From the human T2T-CHM13v2.0 reference genome, Homo sapiens: a DNA stretch of 64,000 bases. Shown piece by piece: positions 57,176-64,000 of this stretch. Numbering within the stretch: position 1 is the stretch's first letter; every line of letters starts with the position of its first letter. A model generated the notes under the pieces. The model was not told the origin of the DNA. It ran no database searches and worked only from the letters and a program-made list of their open reading frames with translations. The stretch lies in assembly GCF_009914755.1 (NCBI RefSeq), contig NC_060946.1; one strand, 5' to 3'. The position numbers and the translations under genes were made by a program.

Positions 57176-58029
57176 TGCCAACTGCATGTATTTCAAGAGA
57201 CACACACATACACAGAGCCGCACATATACACATGGCTTCTGGACACACTGTAAGAACCCAATAAATGGCAACTAACTTTTCTTAATTACTAAGACCAATT
57301 AACATTTGACTGTTATTCACCTGCCAGTTTAAGGTCCTTGAAACAAACTCATTTTTTAAAGTAGGGGCAAAATGTCTGTGGTTTGCCAGTTTGGCCACTG
57401 AGTCATCATCTGACCTGAGCATGTGCTCTCTGGCCCTCGGCATCCACACCTCGGAGATGCAAGGCTGCTCTGTCCTCTCACCTGCATGCATGCTGGACTG
57501 TGTGCCTTTTCCTGTAACCTGGCCAGACTTCACTGGCCCCCAGCTTAGCCCAGGTCCCCAGCTCTGGTGGCCTTCACTGGTCCCTGTTCAGAGAGGAGAA
57601 TCTTGATTCTACAACTCCTGGCTCTTCCCAGGACCACATGACCTTCCACACCACCTCACTGTGTCCCATGGATCATCTTCCTCCTGTTACCAACTGAGGT
57701 CCTTACAGAGGAGGCTGGTCATATCCCTCAGGGGCCAGCAACTCCCACAGTGACTGCACAGGGCGGTATTCAGAGGACACTTGCTGGCCTGGATGCAGGC
57801 TGAGAAGAGATCACACCTAAGGTCAGCATGCTGCCATCCAGGATGGGGGAGGAGACTGGTCCTTCTGGGAAGAGCAAGTAGTTCCGTGTGGCTGGAGCAT
57901 GAAGACCTGACCCAGGTCATCTGGGGCACTGAAGGAGCTCTCCATTCATCCTGGGAGTATATGGAACTTTGGCAGCTAATCCTCTCTAGCCTGCAGCCAG
58001 GGCCAAGCTGATATTTGTGTGTCAACAAC

Positions 58030-58260
58030 AGGAGTGAACAGTTCCTCGGTGCTCACCACAGGCCAGGCTCTGTTCAGCATTTGGCATTTTTAATCAATTT
58101 GATTCCCACCACAGCCCTAGGAGGTAAATGCAATTATTATCCTCACTCCATAAGTGAGGAAACTAGAGCACAAAGGGGTTTGATGATGCATTCAAAGTCA
58201 CAGGGCCAAGAAGTGATAGAGTCCAGGTTTGATCCAGGCCCAGAGTCCTAAGTGCTCTAT
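58030..58260 (-). mobile_element. MIR
   Basis: ATTATTATCCTCAC...AGTGAGGAAACTAGAGCACAAAGGGGTT...AAAGTCACAG. Confidence 0.75.
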
Positions 58261-58662
58261 GATTTTTCCTGGGGATGACACAACCAAGTCCTGCTGCAAG
58301 GCCTGGGAAGGCCAGCCTTGGAGAGGATGGTGCATAGGAAGCACCTTCACTGGTCTAGTTAGAAACAGGAGACCAAACGAGAGGATGAGGCCTCAGAGGG
58401 GATGGGGATTTGGGAATGACTGACAGGACATGAAGGAGGTTAGGATGGACAGGATCTGGTGGCCACTTAGCTGGGCAGGCACTCAGATGAGTGTCTGTGA
58501 AGAGCAGGACAGCATCTGTCAGAGGCTGTGCCGCCAAGTCTGTTCCTGATGTTCCTGACCACGTGATTTGAAGTCAAAGGGTCCGTTAGTAGCCACCCAA
58601 ATGCATTCATCTCACCCACTGCCCAGGTAGAGCTGATTTGTCAGGAGAAGGGAATTGCAATC

Positions 58663-59030
58663 TGTATTAGTCTGTCCTCACTGCTAATAAAGACATACCC
58701 ACATTTCCGAGACTGGGTAATTTATAAAGGAAAGCGGTTTAATTGACTTACAGTTCCCTATGGCTGGGGAGGCCTCATAATCATGGCAGAAGGCAAAGGA
58801 GGAACAAAGGCAGATCTTAAATGGAGGCAGGCAAGAAAACTTGTGCAGGGGAACTCCTCTTTATAAGAGTATCAGATCTCGTGAGACTTATTCACTATCA
58901 TGGGAACAGCATGGGAAAGACCTGCCCCCGTGATTGAATTACCTCCCACGGGGTCCCTCCCATGACACATGGTAATTATGGGAGCTACAGTTCAAGATGA
59001 GATTTGGGTGGATACGGCCAAACCATATCA
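58663..59030 (-). mobile_element. THE1 (THE1C/THE1B) solo LTR
   Basis: TGTATTAGTC...GCTAATAAAGACATACC...CAAGATGAGATTTGGGTG...CCAAACCATATCA; TSD CAATC/CAATT. Confidence 0.93.
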
Positions 59031-59045
59031 CAATTGAAAAAGAGT

Positions 59046-59347
<302 letters not shown>

Positions 59348-61229
59348 AAAGAAAGAGTGTAATACACATAGAGCCAGCTAACCGGGACACCAGGGTTGTA
59401 TTATTACTCAAATCAGCCTCCCTGAAAATTTGGAAGATAGGGTTTTCTTTTTTAAGATAGTTTGGTGGGCAGAAGACTAAGAAAGGGGGAATATTGATTG
59501 GTTTGGTTGGAGATAAAATTAGAGGGTGTTGAAGCTGTCCTCCTGTGCTGAGTCAGTTCCTGGATGGGGGCCACAAGACGAGAGGAGCCGGCTTACCGGT
59601 CTGGGTGGTACCAGCTGATCTACCTGAATGCTTAAGGTCTGAAAAATACCTTAAACACCGATCTTAGGTTTTACAATAGCCATGTCATCCATAGGAACAA
59701 TGGAGGAGATTTGGAATCTTGTGGCCTCTGGCTTCATAACTCCTAAATCATAATTTCCAATCTGTGGCTAATTTGTTGGTTATACAGAAAGGCATTCTGG
59801 TCCCCAAGCAAGGAGGGAGTTCATTTTGGGGAGGGTCTGTTATGTTATCATCTGTGTTTCAAAGTTAAACTCTAAACTCAATTGCTTCCAAAGTTAGTTC
59901 AGCCCACACGCAGGAATGAGCAAGGGCAGCTTGGAGGTTAGAGGTGAGATGGGGTCGGTTAGGCCAGCTCTCTCACTATCATCATTTTCTCACCGTTATA
60001 ACCTTCGCAAAGGCAGTTTGAAATTTTATTTTGCTTTTCAAGACACCATGACACTAAAATTGTACATAGGATTTGGGGGGGGGTCTAGGGGAAGGGGGCG
60101 TCTTATCCTTGTGTTTCTGTCATATGGACGCAACAGGCAAAAGGAGAGAAAAACATGAGAAGCAGTGGGATGGGAAGGAGTTGACGGTTTTGAGCAACAG
60201 GGAGACCCGGGAGCCGGTGGAGCAAAGATCACAAGGAATGGGTGGGAGGTGGACACGGCACTGGGGGCTTTCTGAGCCACAGTCAGGGTTATTCTGGGCT
60301 CTCTCCTCAGTATACTGTGAAACCGCTGGAGTGCGAAGCACAGGGGTGAGGCTCCAGCCGGCTTGTACTGCCACATTCGCATCGTCGTCATTCTCCTCAC
60401 CACGGTGGCCTCCACCGATGCAGGGCCTGTGAATGTCACCTCCACCCCAGCCGAACATCCCTGCAATGGCTTCATCCATCCTGACAAATAGTAACAAGCC
60501 ACTAGCACTTCTTGCCCCACACCTGTTTCCCCAGGAGACAGCATGGCTTCTCAGGAGCGTGTGCTCCTTCAGAGCGGCTCTGTCTGCTCTCTCGCAGGGC
60601 GCTCCCAGCACCCAGAGCTGCGACCTGTCCTTAACCAAGGGATCCGCTGAGCCCCCGGCTCCTCTTCTGTGTTTGCCTTGTCTGTGGGGCCTGTGATGCT
60701 CTCCGTCCGTGGCTTGACCCCCACCCATGAAAATGCTTCAGCACTTTCTCAGGAAAGACGCATGCCCTGTGTCCCCACTGGGTCCCATCCCCAGCCCCAC
60801 CTTTAGCCTTGACTCAGATGCACAGAGATGCAGCTGTGGGTGGGCTCACCAATGTCCACACGCACCCCAGCCTGAAGCACGGTGCTACAGACCTAGTAGG
60901 GGCTGCAGAGATATTTTAAGGGAAAAATATAATTTACAGCTTCTTACAATAGTTTGAAGTTCGGAAAGAGTGAGATTGGGGAAAAAATAGAAGCAGTAGC
61001 GGCGGCACTGATTTTACCAGGCTCTCTATGGGCTGAATTTTAAAAACTTGCCTTTCAAAGGGACTTGGAACTTCTTCCCAATTCATTGTGTTGCTACTTT
61101 GCAAACTCCACTTGATTCCTGAGCTCATCATGAATTCTATAAATTTTGTATTTTTACACCAGGGCCCTTTGAAGTTGTACCTTTAAAGAGCAAAAACAAA
61201 ACCAAAGTGACACTTTCTTTTTTTTTTTT

Positions 61230-62130
<901 letters not shown>

Positions 62131-63559
62131 TTTGAAATAAAATGAAAATGAAGGCTGGGCAACTGTTAGTGGATGAAACAAAATGAAATAATGTCTAAGA
62201 AACTGCTTCCTAAATGGCAAAGTGACATTCTAACTGAAATTATTATCACAGTTGTCCAAATAACTATTACTGTTATTAAAAGCTCAGCTTCAGCAGAATG
62301 CAGGCTATGCTGGCATCTGTTCAAAAGCAAACCTTCTCACTGAAGTTTCCCTGCTCAGATTCCAAGCGGACTGGGACTCCTAGCTAAGCCAGCCCTCGGG
62401 GCCAGAAGTCAGGGGAGCAGTCCTATCTGAGCATCCCCAGCACTCATCCAGGCTTTCCTACCTTGGGGGAGCCCCAGCCCCATTAATGTACCCCTCAGAG
62501 AATAGTCTGCTTTCTCCTTCTCTCCTGCTAGCATGAGCCACGGTTGATCAGGGACCCCTAGTGTGGCCTGAGGTTTCCTCTCAGAGGAAAGCTGTCTTTC
62601 ACCTGGAAGGCTGCTGGCCAGCAGTGGGCAGTGAGTGAGGCATGATGGGACAGCCCCTGAGCTCCTAGAAGAAGACACCTGCACCCAGCTCACTGCCCAA
62701 ACCAATATGTTCATTACTCATGACTAGATGTGAGTCTGTGCATCCTTCCCCGCTATCTGTGTTTGCTGTGAGTTCTCGCGTACATGCAAAGCTGGAGGTG
62801 GGTACTGAAAATCTGTGCTTCATAACAGCGCAGCATTCTATGGGGGCAGCAGGGAGAGAGGCCATCCTAACTAGGGGGTTCAGAGGACTTCACAGGAAGA
62901 CGGGTGAGAAAATTAGCCATGCTTTCCCCAAGGCCAAGAATAAAAATGTCCCAAGGGATTTGGAGAAAGCATTTGAAGATGACGAAGGAAAGATAGATTG
63001 AGAAGGACATGAAAGACCAATACTAAGATCAGAATCATGTTTAGGGGCAATGGGAGCCACCAAATATTTTACAGCAGAGAATGATCAGAGAGATCCTCCT
63101 TTAACAGCAATACAGAAGAGGGCTGGGAGGGGTCAAGGCTGCAAAAGACAATGGAACATCAGGGCTTAATAAACCCCCATGGTAACAGGATTTACCCCGG
63201 AAATGTCTATCCTGAAGCTTTCTGGGAGATTCCAAGATGTCCTTATTGCCACTGTCATTAGGGAGGAAACTGAAAGCTGGATTAGGCAAGAGCCAAACCC
63301 TTGCTCTGCCTTTCGGGTCTGGTTTTGATGACATTTTGTCACCACCACATACCTACCCCCATTTCTGCATCTTTCAAAAAATGAGTTGCAAAGGTGGACT
63401 TCTCTGGGCTTCTGAGTGAAGAATTATTAAATCACAAGGCCCCAAAGACCCCAGGGTTGCTTCCTTAGGTTACTTGGGCTTGGGGTGGTCAGGGGAGGGC
63501 TCAGAGCATCATTATAAATGCAACAATGGTAAGGAACTTCTAGTTATGGAAATGTTGGA

Positions 63560-64000
63560 GGAGCAGGAACCCAGACTAGCCTTCCCATATAACATACAGG
63601 ACAGTGGTTCCTGGCAGATAGGAAGCAAACAGGGTGAGTCTATGAACGCTGAAGCTGATTAGCTGGAGTTTTCAGGCTGCGTCACAGAGAGCGTAGCTCA
63701 GCCAGCTCCCTGAGTAGAAGAGATAGGATGGATCTTTCAGAAGGTCAAGGCTAGAGTTTGCAGAGCACAGTATTAGAGAGAGAAAAATTGCAAAGATAGA
63801 AAGCTCAGGAGAAGCAAAGAAGCTCCTGTCATATACTAGGACTGGGTACTGACCAGCTCATGCTAGGAGGAAACTACCCAAAGCCAGGGGGAATCAAATA
63901 ATCAGTGAAAGGAATTGCAGAAATTCGCACAGCCTGGGCATAGTTCCTGTCCTCACCAGTCAGAGTAGGAAACTACATAACCTATGGAACATTCAGTACA
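63560..64000 (+). mobile_element. Ancient L1M 5' region fragment
   Basis: Resembles the L1 5' segment at about 43600-43780 (AGAGCACAGTA...AAAGCTC.G.AGA...GCTCCTG). Confidence 0.45.

Noticed and set aside
60038-60728. 202-aa and 168-aa minus-strand ORFs with some CpG retention
   Set aside because: Multiple overlapping open frames, no recognisable domain and no consistent splice pair

Overview
Primate (hominoid, most likely human) nuclear DNA, dominated by interspersed repeats: about 17 Alu loci (J, S and Y subfamilies), long decayed L1M blocks, younger L1P 3' fragments, ERV1/ERVL/MaLR LTRs (MLT1, MSTA, THE1, MLT2A1, LTR8, MER51, MER65-like, LTR16-like), hAT DNA transposons (MER1B, MER3, MER58A), L2 and MIR relics, and microsatellites. 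I cannot identify any intact protein-coding gene, RNA gene, CRISPR array or CpG island; the ORF track is mostly repeat-derived or chance. I found no convincing new biological system. The strongest direct observations are: (i) several locally templated insertions or fold-backs (a ~200-bp inverted copy at 8.6 kb, a 29-bp copy moved 3.9 kb into an L1PA, a double template switch at an L1PB junction, a hairpin in an AluY); (ii) a MER51 LTR fragment structured like an L1-made retrocopy of an ERV mRNA; (iii) a four-monomer chimeric Alu and two tightly spaced head-to-head Alu pairs. A more speculative lead is a chain of minus-strand, splice-site-bounded, exon-like segments in unique DNA that could be a decayed gene or lncRNA. 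Repeat subfamily names come from recalled consensus sequences, not from running RepeatMasker, and boundaries of old elements are approximate.
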